From Actinomycetota bacterium (lineage in GTDB: Bacteria > Actinomycetota > Actinomycetes > Propionibacteriales > Propionibacteriaceae), in NCBI GenBank assembly GCA_046735615.1, contig JBKPTR010000075.1, positions 1,008-65,007 of the forward strand: a stretch of 64,000 nucleotides of DNA, written 5' to 3'. The first letter of the stretch is position 1. Each line of letters begins with the position of its first letter. Positions 18,799 to 32,434 of the stretch are shown here, one piece after another. A program made the position numbers and the translations under genes. The notes under the pieces were generated by a model, which had not been told where the DNA came from, made no database searches, and saw only the letters and a list, made by a program, of their open reading frames with translations.

Positions 18799-21249
18799 TC
18801 AGCGGACAGCTTGAGCCGTACCGGTTACCACACCTTGCGCTCCCGGCGCCGCCGGCGCGAGCACGATAGGCAGTCGTGCCAGGGTTCCAGCCCCTTCGAA
18901 TTTCAGTGAGCCGAAGACTGTTTCCGACAACTGACCCCCCTCTGGGGCGAAAGTAATCGTGACGGTCTTAGTCTCCCCCGCATGCACGAACTCCACGATC
19001 GACGGACTGACCGTCGCGGTCACTCCTGGCACCGAGATCGTGGTCTGATACGACCCGGGCTCCACAGCGGTTACCCTCCTGGTGACCTTCTGCGAACTAC
19101 CGAGTTCTCCGATGGCAATCGATGGCGCGTTGTAATCACTCGAATCGATTGGCTTCGCCGCTGTGTCGGTATCAAAGCCCGCGCCCTCCAGGAAGCCCAG
19201 CCAGTCTTTCTCCCTGGCGTCAAAGATCACACCCGGATTGAACATCCGATCTGGTCGCACGTTGCCCGCGCCTTGGGCGAAGTAGTCGCGGCTCAACTTG
19301 CCATTGCCGGTCTTCACCCGTGCCGAGGTGGTCATGATCGCGGACTTCACCGCCATGGGGGACCACTTGGGATGGACGCTGAAGTACAAGGCGGCGATTC
19401 CTGCAATGTGTGGTGATGCCATGGAAGTGCCGGAGTAGAAGTCGAACTTGCGCTTGTGATTCGACGGTGGCGCCACCGCAGCTAGCACGGCCACGCCCGG
19501 TGCGGAAATGTCGGGCTTGAGCAGGTTGCCGCGGTTGCCGACGGAGGGCCCACGGGACGAGAAGCTCGCCACCTGGGGATACCTGATCGGCGTCGAGGAA
19601 AGATTCCCTTGCTCGAGCTTTGCGGTCGCTCCCGCTTTTTTGGCATAAGACTTGACGGCCGACCCGAAGGGCGCGTCCAGGTGAACCGTCGGTACGGCGT
19701 GCGTGTCACCGTCAGTAGAACTCGGGGTGAGATTCGCCAACACCATGCCTTTTCCGCCAGCGCGCTTCACTTCGGCGGACTTGTCGACGCGAGAGACCAC
19801 GCCGCGGTCGCAGATCACAATCCTTCCGGCGGCCTTGGCGCGACTAAGGGTGTTCGGTGCACAGACGGCCGCATCGTCGCCCGCAGCTGAGGCACGCTTC
19901 ACGGACTGGGCCGTGACAAGCCGAGCCGGGTCGAGGCTGCCACGCACAGTGGTGCTGATTCCGGCGTACTTCTTGCCGTTGCCGAGGACCACCGTTCCGG
20001 CGTACGGGGCAACCGTGCTGGCGGCGACCGTCGTCACCCACGGCGTTACATGGTTCGCAGTTGATGCTCCGGGTCCAGCATTGCCTGCTGAAGTTGCCAC
20101 AAAGATGCCAGCCGATGCCGCGGACAGGAATGCCAGGTCGACCGGATCATCAACAGCGTCCGAGCCGCTGACCGAATAGTTGATCACGTCGACCCCATCG
20201 GAGACGGCCGCATCAATCGCGGCCAGCGCGTCGCCGGTGTAGATCGCCGGCTCCTCATCAATCGCGCTCGTGAAGCCGATCTTGTAGATCGCCAGCTTCG
20301 CCGCCGGCGCAACGCCGGAGATCTTCCCGAAGGAGTGACCAGCGACCGATGCCGCAACACCCGTCTTGCCGGCGGCCGTGGACGCGACGTGGGTGCCGTG
20401 GCCGTTACCGTCTCGCGGGGAAAGGAAGTCGGTACGCTGCGCGGGCGGAGTCTGCGACTGGTACGTCGAGGAGAAGGAGCGAGCGCCGATTACCTTGGTA
20501 TTGCACTCGTTGCCGGTAAACGAGTCGCCGGCCTCGCAGATCCCGGTAAACCTCTCGCCATCCGCGTTGTGCATCACGATCTTGTTCTTGCCCGATCGGT
20601 ACGGCCGGAACGGATCCGACGGTGTCGGCGGGGCCGTTCCGAGCGTCTCGCCGGCGAAAGACTTACTTTCCGGCCAATAGCCCGAATCCAAAACTCCGAC
20701 GACCACACCACGGCCGGCGCTCTCCTTTCCACCGAGTCCAGCCCACACGCCATTGCTGCCAGTCAGCTTCAAGAAATCGACGGGTTTCTTGCTATCGGTG
20801 AGCCTGCGTGGTCGGTCCTTAGTCACCGACAGGACACCGGGCGCGTTTTGCAGCGTCCGCACCTGGTCGGGCGTCAAAGTCGTCGCGAAGCCGTTGAGAC
20901 TGACCGCGTAGCGCTTGAGCGGTTTGGCACCGACTCGTGCGGCCGCGTCGTCCTGCTCACGCTTCAGGTAATCCCGATAGCGCTGGGCGCGGCCCGAAGT
21001 GACATCCACTCGTTCGCCCTTGCTAGGACGGGTCGCATCAAGCCCCCTTACCTCGCCGCCGTAGGTTGCGATCGGCTTCCCAGTCAACGTGACGATGTAG
21101 CGACTCGGAGTCGGATCTGGCAAGCGCTGGTCAGACGGATCAGGCGGCAGTGCGTAAGCCGTCGGTAGACCGCAAAGTATGAGCAGGACAGCGGCTGCGA
21201 CGCTCGTGGCAATGACCGCCCGATGGGCACGACGGCTACGCAACAGCAC
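18799..21249 (-). CDS. Secreted S8 subtilase with I9 propeptide, PA and Fn3-like domains
   Basis: Triad GVLDSG / GHGTHVAST / SGTSMASPH; CDRGVVSRVDK PA motif; signal peptide ending TAYA; start at GTG 21249 is an estimate. Confidence 0.9.
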   Translation of the reverse strand: MLLRSRRAHRAVIATSVAAAVLLILCGLPTAYALPPDPSDQRLPDPTPSRYIVTLTGKPIATYGGEVRGLDATRPSKGERVDVTSGRAQRYRDYLKREQDDAAARVGAKPLKRYAVSLNGFATTLTPDQVRTLQNAPGVLSVTKDRPRRLTDSKKPVDFLKLTGSNGVWAGLGGKESAGRGVVVGVLDSGYWPESKSFAGETLGTAPPTPSDPFRPYRSGKNKIVMHNADGERFTGICEAGDSFTGNECNTKVIGARSFSSTYQSQTPPAQRTDFLSPRDGNGHGTHVASTAAGKTGVAASVAGHSFGKISGVAPAAKLAIYKIGFTSAIDEEPAIYTGDALAAIDAAVSDGVDVINYSVSGSDAVDDPVDLAFLSAASAGIFVATSAGNAGPGASTANHVTPWVTTVAASTVAPYAGTVVLGNGKKYAGISTTVRGSLDPARLVTAQSVKRASAAGDDAAVCAPNTLSRAKAAGRIVICDRGVVSRVDKSAEVKRAGGKGMVLANLTPSSTDGDTHAVPTVHLDAPFGSAVKSYAKKAGATAKLEQGNLSSTPIRYPQVASFSSRGPSVGNRGNLLKPDISAPGVAVLAAVAPPSNHKRKFDFYSGTSMASPHIAGIAALYFSVHPKWSPMAVKSAIMTTSARVKTGNGKLSRDYFAQGAGNVRPDRMFNPGVIFDAREKDWLGFLEGAGFDTDTAAKPIDSSDYNAPSIAIGELGSSQKVTRRVTAVEPGSYQTTISVPGVTATVSPSIVEFVHAGETKTVTITFAPEGGQLSETVFGSLKFEGAGTLARLPIVLAPAAPGAQGVVTGTAQAVR

Positions 21250-21351
21250 GAAATTCCCCCAGTGATTTCGAATGCCCCCGGACTCTCTCGACGGCGAGCG
21301 CAGCGCGTCGAGCAAAAGTAGGCTCGACCCTAGCAGTGGGCGAGGAGGTGC

Positions 21352-21864
21352 GTGAGAGATCAGCAACATTCGCCCGGCGAGCGACGAGACCGGATATTTC
21401 GCGCTGGCCGGCGATTGGCGGCACTCGTCATTCCCGTTCTGGTACTGACGGTCGGGTGCGCCAACCAGATCGCCGAAACCTCCGGCCCGACCCCAGGAAA
21501 CACCGTGCCCAACACTCCGAGTGAGCAGGCCACTCCAACCCCGACTGATGGCACCGACCTCACGATCGTGATCAACAACGGATCAAGCTCGACCGTGACG
21601 TGGCGGCTGACCTGCAACCCGCCAGGCGGTACCCATCCGGATCCGGAAGCAGCTTGCCGTGCGCTCGAGGCCAATGGCGCGGTCGCACTGCCGCCGGTGC
21701 CGAAGGACAAAGCTTGTACGCAGATCTATGGCGGCCCAGAGACGGCCAGCATGACAGGCACTTGGCGCGGCCAGCCGGTGATGAGCAGATTCGCTCGCAA
21801 CGACGGCTGTCAGATCAGCCGCTGGAAGCTGATGGAAGGACTGCTGCCACCGGGCGGCACCTAG
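21352..21864 (+). CDS. SSI-family (Streptomyces subtilisin inhibitor-like) lipoprotein
   Basis: Lipobox-like LTVGC; LTCNPPGGTHPDPEAAC and reactive loop ACTQIYGG...GTWRG...NDGC. Confidence 0.85.
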   Translation: MRDQQHSPGERRDRIFRAGRRLAALVIPVLVLTVGCANQIAETSGPTPGNTVPNTPSEQATPTPTDGTDLTIVINNGSSSTVTWRLTCNPPGGTHPDPEAACRALEANGAVALPPVPKDKACTQIYGGPETASMTGTWRGQPVMSRFARNDGCQISRWKLMEGLLPPGGT

Positions 21865-21876
21865 TGCCTCCCACAC

Positions 21877-22995
21877 TCACCGGCTAAGGCCGTCAGCCAC
21901 GACGATCTCGACCCGCTGGAACTCTTTGATCTCGGTGTAGCCAGTGGTCGCCAGCGCCTTGCGCAGGGCGCCAACGAGGTTCATGGTGCCGTCGGGGACC
22001 GTGGAAGGGCCGAGCAGGATGTGCTCAAGGCTGCCGACCGTAGAGAACTCGGCACGCTCACCGCGCGGCAGCGTGTCATGCCAGGCCTCCGGTCCCCAGT
22101 GGTAACCGCGACCGGGCGCCTCCTCGGCCCTGGCCAGCGGCGAGCCGACCATGACCGCATCGGCACCGCAGGCAATCGCTTTGGCGATATCGCCGGAATT
22201 GACGACCGAGCCGTCGGCGATCACATGCACGTAGCGGCCACCGGACTCGTCCAGGTAGTCACGTCGGGCGGCAGCAACATCGGAGACCGCCGAAGCCATC
22301 GGTACCGCGACTCCGAGCACCGAACGACTGGTGTACGCCGCCCCGCCTCCGAAGCCGACCAGGACACCGGCAGCGCCAGTACGCATCAGGTGCAGGGCGG
22401 CTTGGTACGTTGCACAGCCGCCGACGATCACCGGAACGTCTAGCTCATAGATGAACTTCTTGAGGTTGAGTGGTTCGAGCTCAGAGGAAACGTGTTCGGC
22501 CGACACGGTGGTGCCGCGAATGACGAAGAAGTCAACGCCCGAATCCACGACCGCTTGCGCGTACGCCTGAGTGTTCTGCGGCGAGAGCGCACCGGCAGTC
22601 GGCACTCCGGCTTCTCGAATCTCAGCGACCCGCTTGCCGATAAGCTCCGGCTTGATCGGCTCGGCGTAGATCTTCTGCATTCGCCGGGTTGCCTCGATCG
22701 GATCCTCGATCGCGATGATTTCCTCCAGCTTGGGTCGCGGGTCGTCATAGCGGGTCCATAGGCCCTCGAGATTCACCACACCGAGCCCACCGAGCTGCCC
22801 GATCTTGATAGCTGTGGCTGGCGACATCACCGAGTCCATCGGCGCCGCGAGCACCGGGAATGCAAAGGTGTACGCGTCGATCCGCCACTGCAGCGAAACC
22901 TCCTCCTCGCCGCGGGTACGCCGCGACGGAACGATGGTGATGTCGTCAAAAGCGAAGGCCCGCTGGGCACGCTTGCTGCGGCCGACGTCAAACAT
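21877..22995 (-). CDS. guaB3: GuaB3-family IMP dehydrogenase-related protein
   Basis: VPSRRTR, IRGTTVSAEH, LDESGGRYVHVIADG; directly downstream of guaB. Confidence 0.9.
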   Translation of the reverse strand: MFDVGRSKRAQRAFAFDDITIVPSRRTRGEEEVSLQWRIDAYTFAFPVLAAPMDSVMSPATAIKIGQLGGLGVVNLEGLWTRYDDPRPKLEEIIAIEDPIEATRRMQKIYAEPIKPELIGKRVAEIREAGVPTAGALSPQNTQAYAQAVVDSGVDFFVIRGTTVSAEHVSSELEPLNLKKFIYELDVPVIVGGCATYQAALHLMRTGAAGVLVGFGGGAAYTSRSVLGVAVPMASAVSDVAAARRDYLDESGGRYVHVIADGSVVNSGDIAKAIACGADAVMVGSPLARAEEAPGRGYHWGPEAWHDTLPRGERAEFSTVGSLEHILLGPSTVPDGTMNLVGALRKALATTGYTEIKEFQRVEIVVADGLSR

Positions 22996-23006
22996 GGTCT
23001 ACTCCA

Positions 23007-24584
<1,578 letters not shown>

Positions 24585-24623
24585 TTACCCGATCAGACCT
24601 CCGGGCCCCAGCATGAGTGCCTG

Positions 24624-25066
24624 CTAGGAGCCAGGTTCTGGTTGGCGCCCGGTGTGGCGCAGCGATCCGATCCGGTCCAGCAAGCGATACCAGAATGGCG
24701 CATCGAGCACGGCCGCTCCGACCGGGATCAGCAGGCCGGGGACCTTCAGACGCAGACCACCACCACCACCGCGATGACGATCACCCACCGTTTGGCCCAA
24801 CGCTTGTATGAACCCGCGACACGATCCATCTGACGGTCGAACCACGCCTGAGTGCCGGTGAGGAATGAATCAACCTCGCCCTCTGCGGACTTCAGAATGC
24901 TGGCGAGAGATTGCTGCAACGGGGGCGAGTTTTCGAGCGCCCGGACGCCCCTTTCAATGTCGGCGAAGCTCGGCTCCATCACACCCGGCGTCAGTAGGTC
25001 AACCAGAGCATTAAGCGATGCCGCGATGCGGGGCTCGGGGCTCGGGGCTCGGGGCTCGGGGCTCAC
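24624..25066 (-). pseudogene. Remnant of a membrane protein gene
   Basis: Protein-like segments in two frames (WFDRQMDRVAGSYKRWAK..TM, then LKVPGLLI..APFWYRLLDRIGSLR); 5' end is a microsatellite. Confidence 0.6.
25030..25064 (+). repeat. (GGGGCTC)5 heptamer microsatellite
   Basis: Five perfect copies read directly. Confidence 0.95.
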
Positions 25067-25163
25067 GGTACTGAGACCGGTGACGTTCCGGCGGGAACGT
25101 CACGGTGATCGGCGTTCGATCTCGCTGATTGCATCCCACGCTGCGTGGGTTTCGCGAGCCAGC

Positions 25164-26672
25164 TCAGGTAGATCGCTCCTTGAGGTTGTTGGTGGCGGGT
25201 CCCTCGAGAACAGTCCCGTCCGCGGCGAACCGGGAGCCATGCAATGGGCAATCCCAGGACTTCTCGAGGTCATTGAAGCGAACGATGCCGCCAAGGTGCG
25301 TGCAGATTGCAGAGACTGCGCAAGTCCGGCCATTGACCGTCGAAATCGCCACCGGCTCGCCTCGTTCGGCACCAACTACGCCGGTGCCTTCGGCCGGAGC
25401 CCGATCCTCCTCCTTCAGCGGGTGCAGCTCGGCACCGAGCCATCCCTGAGCAGCCGCAACCCCGATCGCAGCGTTGGCTCGGAAATATCGGACGGCACTC
25501 GCCGGCTTGCTGACCCGGGTTCCGAGGACGCGTGCCCAGGAGGACATCTCATCCAGTATTTCCCCGCTGATTCGCATCGCGGCTGCGACCGAATTCGTCA
25601 TGCCCCACTTGCTGTATCCGGTGGCCAGATACACCTGGCCGCCACTACGCGGCAACTTGCCGACAAACGGCACTCCGCCATGTGCCACGTAATCTTGCGC
25701 AGACCAGACATGGGTGCGCTCCCTGACTTCGAACCAGCGCTGTGCCCAATCCGTCAGGTCGGCGATCAGTTCTGACGGGTTCATCGGGTGGCGGCCGACC
25801 GGGTGTCCGTTGCCACCGACGAGCAGCAATTCCTCGCCGTCGCGAATCGCGGTGCGTAGCGAGCGCGTAGGCGCGTCGGCCGATATGTACATGCCGCGCG
25901 GGATCTGGGACGCGCCCCGAAACGCGAGCGCGTAGGAGCGGTGCGCAGTCACCTTGGCGAAGTACAACCCGCGGTCGAGAAACGGAATACCGGTGGCGAG
26001 CACTACGGCGTCTGCGGTGACGCTCCCAGCCGAGGTGATCAGCTCGCAGGGTTTGTCTCGCGCGACTCGGGTGACACGAGTGCCGTCGATCAGTACTCCG
26101 CCTGCCTGACGGAGATCTCGCGCCAGGGCGCTGAGGAGACCGACCGGATCGACTTGCAGTTGATCCGGGAGGCTCAGCGCAGCATAAGTCGCGTAGGGCA
26201 GCTCGACAGTGTCAGGCATCTGAACCGGCAGCCCGAGCCGCCGGGCGACGTCGAACTCACGGCGGACGGCCGAAGCGCCCGACTGCGTGCCGGCGTACGT
26301 GTAGGCGTCTCTGCGTTCCATCTGGACGCCATGCTCGGCGGCGTACGCCATCAACCATGCCTGGGCTTCGCGATTGCCTTCTACGTAGGCAGCCGCCACA
26401 TGCTCGGTATGGTTCGCGACGATGGTAGACAGCCGAGTGCCCTGCAGCAGGGTGATCTTGGCGGTCGAGTGCCCGGTCGTCACGACGCCTACGGAACGGG
26501 CTTCCAGAACGGCTACTCGGCGGCCCGCACGTACCAGCAGCAGGGCGGTAGCCAGACCCGTTAGCCCTGCCCCTACGACAGCAACGTCGTAGTGAGCGCC
26601 GCTGTCAAACTGGTCAGTCTCGATGGCGGGTGGTGGATCTAGCCAAATAGAGGCCAGCCCGTCGGTGGACAC
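25164..26672 (-). CDS. FAD-dependent oxidoreductase with C-terminal Rieske [2Fe-2S] domain (YhfW-like)
   Basis: VVGAGLTG, TTGHSTAK, TGYSKWGMT; CTHLG...DCPLHGSRF; start uncertain (26672 or 26708). Confidence 0.9.
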   Translation of the reverse strand: MSTDGLASIWLDPPPAIETDQFDSGAHYDVAVVGAGLTGLATALLLVRAGRRVAVLEARSVGVVTTGHSTAKITLLQGTRLSTIVANHTEHVAAAYVEGNREAQAWLMAYAAEHGVQMERRDAYTYAGTQSGASAVRREFDVARRLGLPVQMPDTVELPYATYAALSLPDQLQVDPVGLLSALARDLRQAGGVLIDGTRVTRVARDKPCELITSAGSVTADAVVLATGIPFLDRGLYFAKVTAHRSYALAFRGASQIPRGMYISADAPTRSLRTAIRDGEELLLVGGNGHPVGRHPMNPSELIADLTDWAQRWFEVRERTHVWSAQDYVAHGGVPFVGKLPRSGGQVYLATGYSKWGMTNSVAAAMRISGEILDEMSSWARVLGTRVSKPASAVRYFRANAAIGVAAAQGWLGAELHPLKEEDRAPAEGTGVVGAERGEPVAISTVNGRTCAVSAICTHLGGIVRFNDLEKSWDCPLHGSRFAADGTVLEGPATNNLKERST

Positions 26673-26710
26673 AACCCTTCGGTACCCGATTCGATCGTCT
26701 GTAAGCAAGC

Positions 26711-26743
26711 CATAGGGTCTCCCTCCGCGAGGGAGACCCTATG
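26711..26743. terminator. Perfect 15-bp stem hairpin downstream of groEL
   Basis: catagggtctccctc-cgc-gagggagaccctatg. Confidence 0.7.
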
Positions 26744-26749
26744 TTTAAG

Positions 26750-26865
26750 AGCTGCTCGCGCATCGCGCTTTGAATCCGCCGCCGTCGTCGTCGCTCGCAG
26801 AGGAAAGAACGCCTCTGCTCACTCCTCCTCCGTGCGGTGGCGCGCGATTACCGACGCTCGCAGCT
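26750..26865 (-). repeat. Full 116-bp copy of the nested-hairpin element
   Basis: agctgc/gcagct, atcgcgc/gcgcgat, ccgccgc/gcggtgg, gcagagg/cctctgc stems. Confidence 0.9.
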
Positions 26866-26883
26866 GTTATCGCTTAACTGGCC

Positions 26884-28497
<1,614 letters not shown>

Positions 28498-28510
28498 CTA
28501 CGGACTCCCC

Positions 28511-28807
28511 TTACTTGGTGACGACCGCGAGAATGTCGCGGGCATTAAGGAGCAGCAACTCCTTGTTGTCGTACTTCACCTCAGTGCCGCCGTACTTGCT
28601 GAAGATCACGACGTCACCCTCGGAAACATCGAGGGGGACTCGCTTTCCGTTGTCGTCAATGCGGCCAGGACCGGTTGCGAGTACCTTGCCCTCCTGCGGC
28701 TTCTCCTTTGCGGTGTCGGGAATGACCAGGCCGGAGGCCGTGGTCTGCTCTGCTTCGAGCGGCTCGACGAGGATGCGATCCTCGAGCGGCTTGATCGTGA
28801 CTGCCAC
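28511..28807 (-). CDS. groES: Co-chaperonin GroES
   Basis: [31 protein letters not shown]. Confidence 0.98.
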   Translation of the reverse strand: MAVTIKPLEDRILVEPLEAEQTTASGLVIPDTAKEKPQEGKVLATGPGRIDDNGKRVPLDVSEGDVVIFSKYGGTEVKYDNKELLLLNARDILAVVTK

Positions 28808-28893
28808 GTCAAATCCCTTTCACAGGTGATATGTCCGATGTGTGTTCTGGTCGAGACGTCGTCGCGGGTGCCGTCCCGGCCGCCAGCACGAAG

Positions 28894-28954
28894 CTGGCAC
28901 ACTCATAGGGAGAGTGCTAACCAGACATTAGCACTCGATATATGCGAGTGCCAG
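28894..28954. promoter_or_regulatory. Two CIRCE (HrcA operator) elements
   Basis: CTGGCACAC-N9-GAGTGCTAA (28894-28920) and TTAGCACTC-N9-GAGTGCCAG (28928-28954) upstream of groES. Confidence 0.93.
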
Positions 28955-29066
28955 CGGGCCCCAGCTGCATTCGACTTCGCGGTAGTTTCTGGCACTTCGC
29001 GTTAGCCCGTCTAATGCGAAGTGCAGCGAAGACGAAGTGAGTCGGTGGCTTTGTTGAACGGTTGAA

Positions 29067-30218
29067 TCAGATCCGCGCGACGACTGCAGCAATCGCTCCG
29101 CTCGGGGTTCGCGAAATCACCAGCGTCGCGCTGTTGGGCCCAGCCAACCGGAGTCGCCTTCGGAGGTCCGCCGGGTCGACATCGATGCCACGCTTCTTGA
29201 TCTCAAGGACACCGATCTGCGCCTCTCGCACCCAGGTGCGCAGCGCTTTGAGGTGGAAGGGCAGCCGTTGGCGCACCTCGAATGCGGTCGCGAAGGGTGT
29301 GCTGCAGAGTTGATCACTTGTGACATAGGCGACCTGCGGGTCGAGTAGCCCAGCGTCGAGCTCAGCCCCCAGTACAGCGACAGCGCCTGCTCGGATGACG
29401 GCGCCAGCGGGCTCGTAAAGATAGGGACCGAGGTCACGGACCGGCAGCGGCGGGACCGCTGTTACGGTCAGCCGTGCGTTCGGCATGATCAGCGCGGAGC
29501 GCCGTCCGGGACTGGCGCTAGGCCCTGACCAGAGGCCCACCTCGACCGTCTCGCCACGATGGGTGATCCATTCGGACTCGACTGCCTCGGGGATCAACGA
29601 GTGCGGCAATGCCGGACCGAGCTTGACGCCGGCGGTCCGTCCGCCATCCAGCAGCTGCATCACGATCGACCAGCGAGGCTCAAAGTCCTCCACGCGCCAC
29701 ACCCGTCCCTGCTCGTTGCGCCGGTCGGGGTCGCAGAACACTCCCACGCCTGGGGTGATGAACTGTTCGGCCACCTCGCTGGCGTCAGCGCAGATCACCT
29801 CTGCGCGGCCGCCGAGGTTGGCCCGGGCGACCGCAGCTGTCGCGGGATCAACATCCACCGCGACGACCTGCAGACCAGCTCGAAGGAATGCCCTGGAGTC
29901 GGAGCCGATGCCGCAACCGAGGTCGATCACCCGCCGAACGCCGGCCTGGAGGAACCGGCTCGCGTGGTGGTCAGCGACCTCGGGTCGCGTCGCCTGCTCC
30001 AGGCCCGCTCTGGTGAAGTACAGCCCAGCGGCGGCATCCCCGAACTTGGCCCTCGCCTGCCGGCGCAGTGAGGCCTGGGTGAGCGCAGCCGCAGCAAGAT
30101 CAGGCCCGTAACGCATGCGCATCCGAGAGGCGGCTGCCAGCGACTCGGGATCTTCCTCCGACATCGCGGCATTCAGGGCATCCTCGGTCAGCCCGAAAGG
30201 AAGCCGGGTTCTAGACAA
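29067..30218 (-). CDS. Class I SAM-dependent methyltransferase with THUMP-like C-terminal domain
   Basis: [32 protein letters not shown]; start uncertain (TTG 30218 or ATG 30164). Confidence 0.85.
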   Translation of the reverse strand: MSRTRLPFGLTEDALNAAMSEEDPESLAAASRMRMRYGPDLAAAALTQASLRRQARAKFGDAAAGLYFTRAGLEQATRPEVADHHASRFLQAGVRRVIDLGCGIGSDSRAFLRAGLQVVAVDVDPATAAVARANLGGRAEVICADASEVAEQFITPGVGVFCDPDRRNEQGRVWRVEDFEPRWSIVMQLLDGGRTAGVKLGPALPHSLIPEAVESEWITHRGETVEVGLWSGPSASPGRRSALIMPNARLTVTAVPPLPVRDLGPYLYEPAGAVIRAGAVAVLGAELDAGLLDPQVAYVTSDQLCSTPFATAFEVRQRLPFHLKALRTWVREAQIGVLEIKKRGIDVDPADLRRRLRLAGPNSATLVISRTPSGAIAAVVARI

Positions 30219-31275
30219 GGATCTTGCTGACTGGAAGTGACGAGTCGGCTCCAATATCGAGGGCAGACGGCTTGCCACCACCGGCAACGATCTGCGCACC
30301 CAAGACGGCAATCATGGCGCCATTGTCAGTGCAGAGGTTGGGCCGCGGCGTGCGCAAAGAGATCCCGCGCTCGCCTGCACGTTCGGCCAGCAGTGTGCGC
30401 AGCCGGCCGTTAGCTGCCACGCCGCCCCCAATCAGCAGATCAGTCGCTCCGGTGGTCACGCAGGCATCCATTGCCTTCGCGCTCAAAACATCGCAGACCG
30501 CCTCCTGGAAGCTCGCCGCCACGTCGGCCACAGGGATGTCCAGCCCGGCTCGCTGTCTCGCTTCGACCCAGCGAGCAACGGCGGTCTTGAGGCCCGAGAA
30601 CGAGAAATCGAACCGGTGGCGCTCGAGGTCCTTCCGTGCGGTGAGGCCCCGCGGAAATCGGACATAGCCAGGATCGCCGGTAGCCGCCCGGTCGATGTAG
30701 GGGCCGCCGGGATACGGCAGGCCAAGCAGCCGGGCGACCTTGTCGTACGCCTCTCCCGCCGCGTCGTCGATCGTCGAGCCGAGCTCAACAATGCTGTCGG
30801 CGATGCACTCGACCTGGAGCAAGGACGTATGGCCGCCCGACACCAGTAGCGCGATGCACCGCTCCGGGAGCGGCCCGTGCTCCAGCAGATCGACCGCGAC
30901 GTGCCCCACGAGGTGGTTGACCCCGTAGAACGGCTTGTTGAGCGCATACGCGAGTGCCTTGGCGCTGGCCAGACCGACCACCAGCGCACCCATCAGGCCC
31001 GGCCCGGCGGTCACTGCGACGCCGTCGATCTCCGACAGATCGATGTCTGCGGCAGCACAGGCACGTTGCAGCGTAGGCACCATGGCTTCCAGGTGCGCGC
31101 GGCTGGCCACTTCGGGTACCACGCCGCCAAACCTGACATGCTCCTCGACGCTGGAGGCCACTTCGTTGGCCAGCAGCTCATGCCCCCGGACAATGCCCAC
31201 GCCGGTCTCGTCGCAAGAGGACTCGATACCCAACACCAGTGGCCCGGCCACGACCGAGCTCAGCTGACCGCTCAT
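30211..31275 (-). CDS. tsaD: tRNA N6-adenosine threonylcarbamoyltransferase
   Basis: [43 protein letters not shown]. Confidence 0.97.
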   Translation of the reverse strand: MSGQLSSVVAGPLVLGIESSCDETGVGIVRGHELLANEVASSVEEHVRFGGVVPEVASRAHLEAMVPTLQRACAAADIDLSEIDGVAVTAGPGLMGALVVGLASAKALAYALNKPFYGVNHLVGHVAVDLLEHGPLPERCIALLVSGGHTSLLQVECIADSIVELGSTIDDAAGEAYDKVARLLGLPYPGGPYIDRAATGDPGYVRFPRGLTARKDLERHRFDFSFSGLKTAVARWVEARQRAGLDIPVADVAASFQEAVCDVLSAKAMDACVTTGATDLLIGGGVAANGRLRTLLAERAGERGISLRTPRPNLCTDNGAMIAVLGAQIVAGGGKPSALDIGADSSLPVSKILV

Positions 31276-31781
31276 ACTTCCTCCGTCGCGATCGGGATGC
31301 GGTCCGGCCAGGTCTGGAGGTCATAGAGCTTCAGGATCAATGCGTGTTGACCGGTGCCGTAGTAGTCCTGCCGAACGCTGAGCTGCTCGAACCCCAGCTG
31401 TTGGTAGAGCGCGATCGCGGGCTCATTGCGGTACGCGACATCCAAGATCACTTCGCGCACTCCGAGCTGTCGCACCGCCTCAACACCGGCACGCACCAGA
31501 TCGGTCGCGATGCCGCGACGACGACTGCGCGGCTCCACCACTATGCGGTGCAGATCAGCCAGCTCACCAACGGTCCTGATCGAGATCACTCCGACCGGAT
31601 GTTGCGCACGGGCGATCAAGATCGTCCGACCCTCGCCGAGCAGCTCGCCGCGCCAGCTGCGCTCGCTCCACTGCTCGGCGGTCGGGAAACCGGAGCGCTC
31701 CAGAATCATGATCGCAGCAAGATCATTTCGACGGGCAGGCAAAATGCTGATCTCGGGATTGCGGGCGGCGGCCTGGATCAT
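31272..31781 (-). CDS. rimI: RimI-like GNAT N-acetyltransferase
   Basis: RRRGIA acetyl-CoA motif, [13 protein letters not shown]; between tsaB and tsaD with ATGA overlaps. Confidence 0.8.
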   Translation of the reverse strand: MIQAAARNPEISILPARRNDLAAIMILERSGFPTAEQWSERSWRGELLGEGRTILIARAQHPVGVISIRTVGELADLHRIVVEPRSRRRGIATDLVRAGVEAVRQLGVREVILDVAYRNEPAIALYQQLGFEQLSVRQDYYGTGQHALILKLYDLQTWPDRIPIATEEV

Positions 31782-32434
31782 CGCGCCGCGCCTTGGTAGT
31801 GCAGCACTGACTTGGGACGGGTCAGCTCGGTGGCATCGGGATGTCGGAGATAGAGCGGCTCGTGGCCCGCGTCGGGCAGCGTGGCACCGGTCGTGGCGAG
31901 GACGGCTGGGTCCATCGATCGCGGGCCTGGCACTGCTTGCAGTTGATCTGCGTAGAGGTCGGCGGCGGGCCCAATGACCGGCAACCGCGGCAGATCGCTG
32001 GGCCGTGACACTCTCGGCTCCCCGAGCCGTACGCCAAGAGGGCTGTAACGAGCCCAGTACACCTCGCGACGCCTGGCGTCGGTGGCGACCACGAACTCGC
32101 CAGGGCTCTCTCCAAGAAATTGGGCGGCTAGTACGTCCAGGCTGCAAACGCCACGCAGCCCGATACGCAGCACGTAACTGAGCATTCGAGCAGTAACGAC
32201 GCCGACCCGCAGGCCGGTAAACGGCCCCGGACCCACCCCGACGATGAGCTGGCCGAGGTCGGCTACGCGTACCGCGGCGGCGTCGACGCACTCCGAAACA
32301 AGGGGCATGAGCTCCTCGACATGGGCCATCTGGTCAGCGACGGTCGCTGTCGCGAGCACTCGGTCGCCACAGGCCAAGCCAACATTGACCACTGTCGAGG
32401 TATCCAGGGCGAGCACCAGGAGCGCGTCAGTCAT
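31778..32434 (-). CDS. tsaB: tRNA threonylcarbamoyladenosine biosynthesis protein TsaB
   Basis: LALDTS, GVGPGPFTGLRVG, DARRREVY, PLYLR. Confidence 0.95.
   Translation of the reverse strand: MTDALLVLALDTSTVVNVGLACGDRVLATATVADQMAHVEELMPLVSECVDAAAVRVADLGQLIVGVGPGPFTGLRVGVVTARMLSYVLRIGLRGVCSLDVLAAQFLGESPGEFVVATDARRREVYWARYSPLGVRLGEPRVSRPSDLPRLPVIGPAADLYADQLQAVPGPRSMDPAVLATTGATLPDAGHEPLYLRHPDATELTRPKSVLHYQGAAR

Noticed and set aside
26750-26865. Nested-hairpin copies as integron attC sites
   Set aside because: No RYYYAAC/GTTRRRY ends, no integrase, and the flanking genes are core housekeeping genes rather than cassettes.
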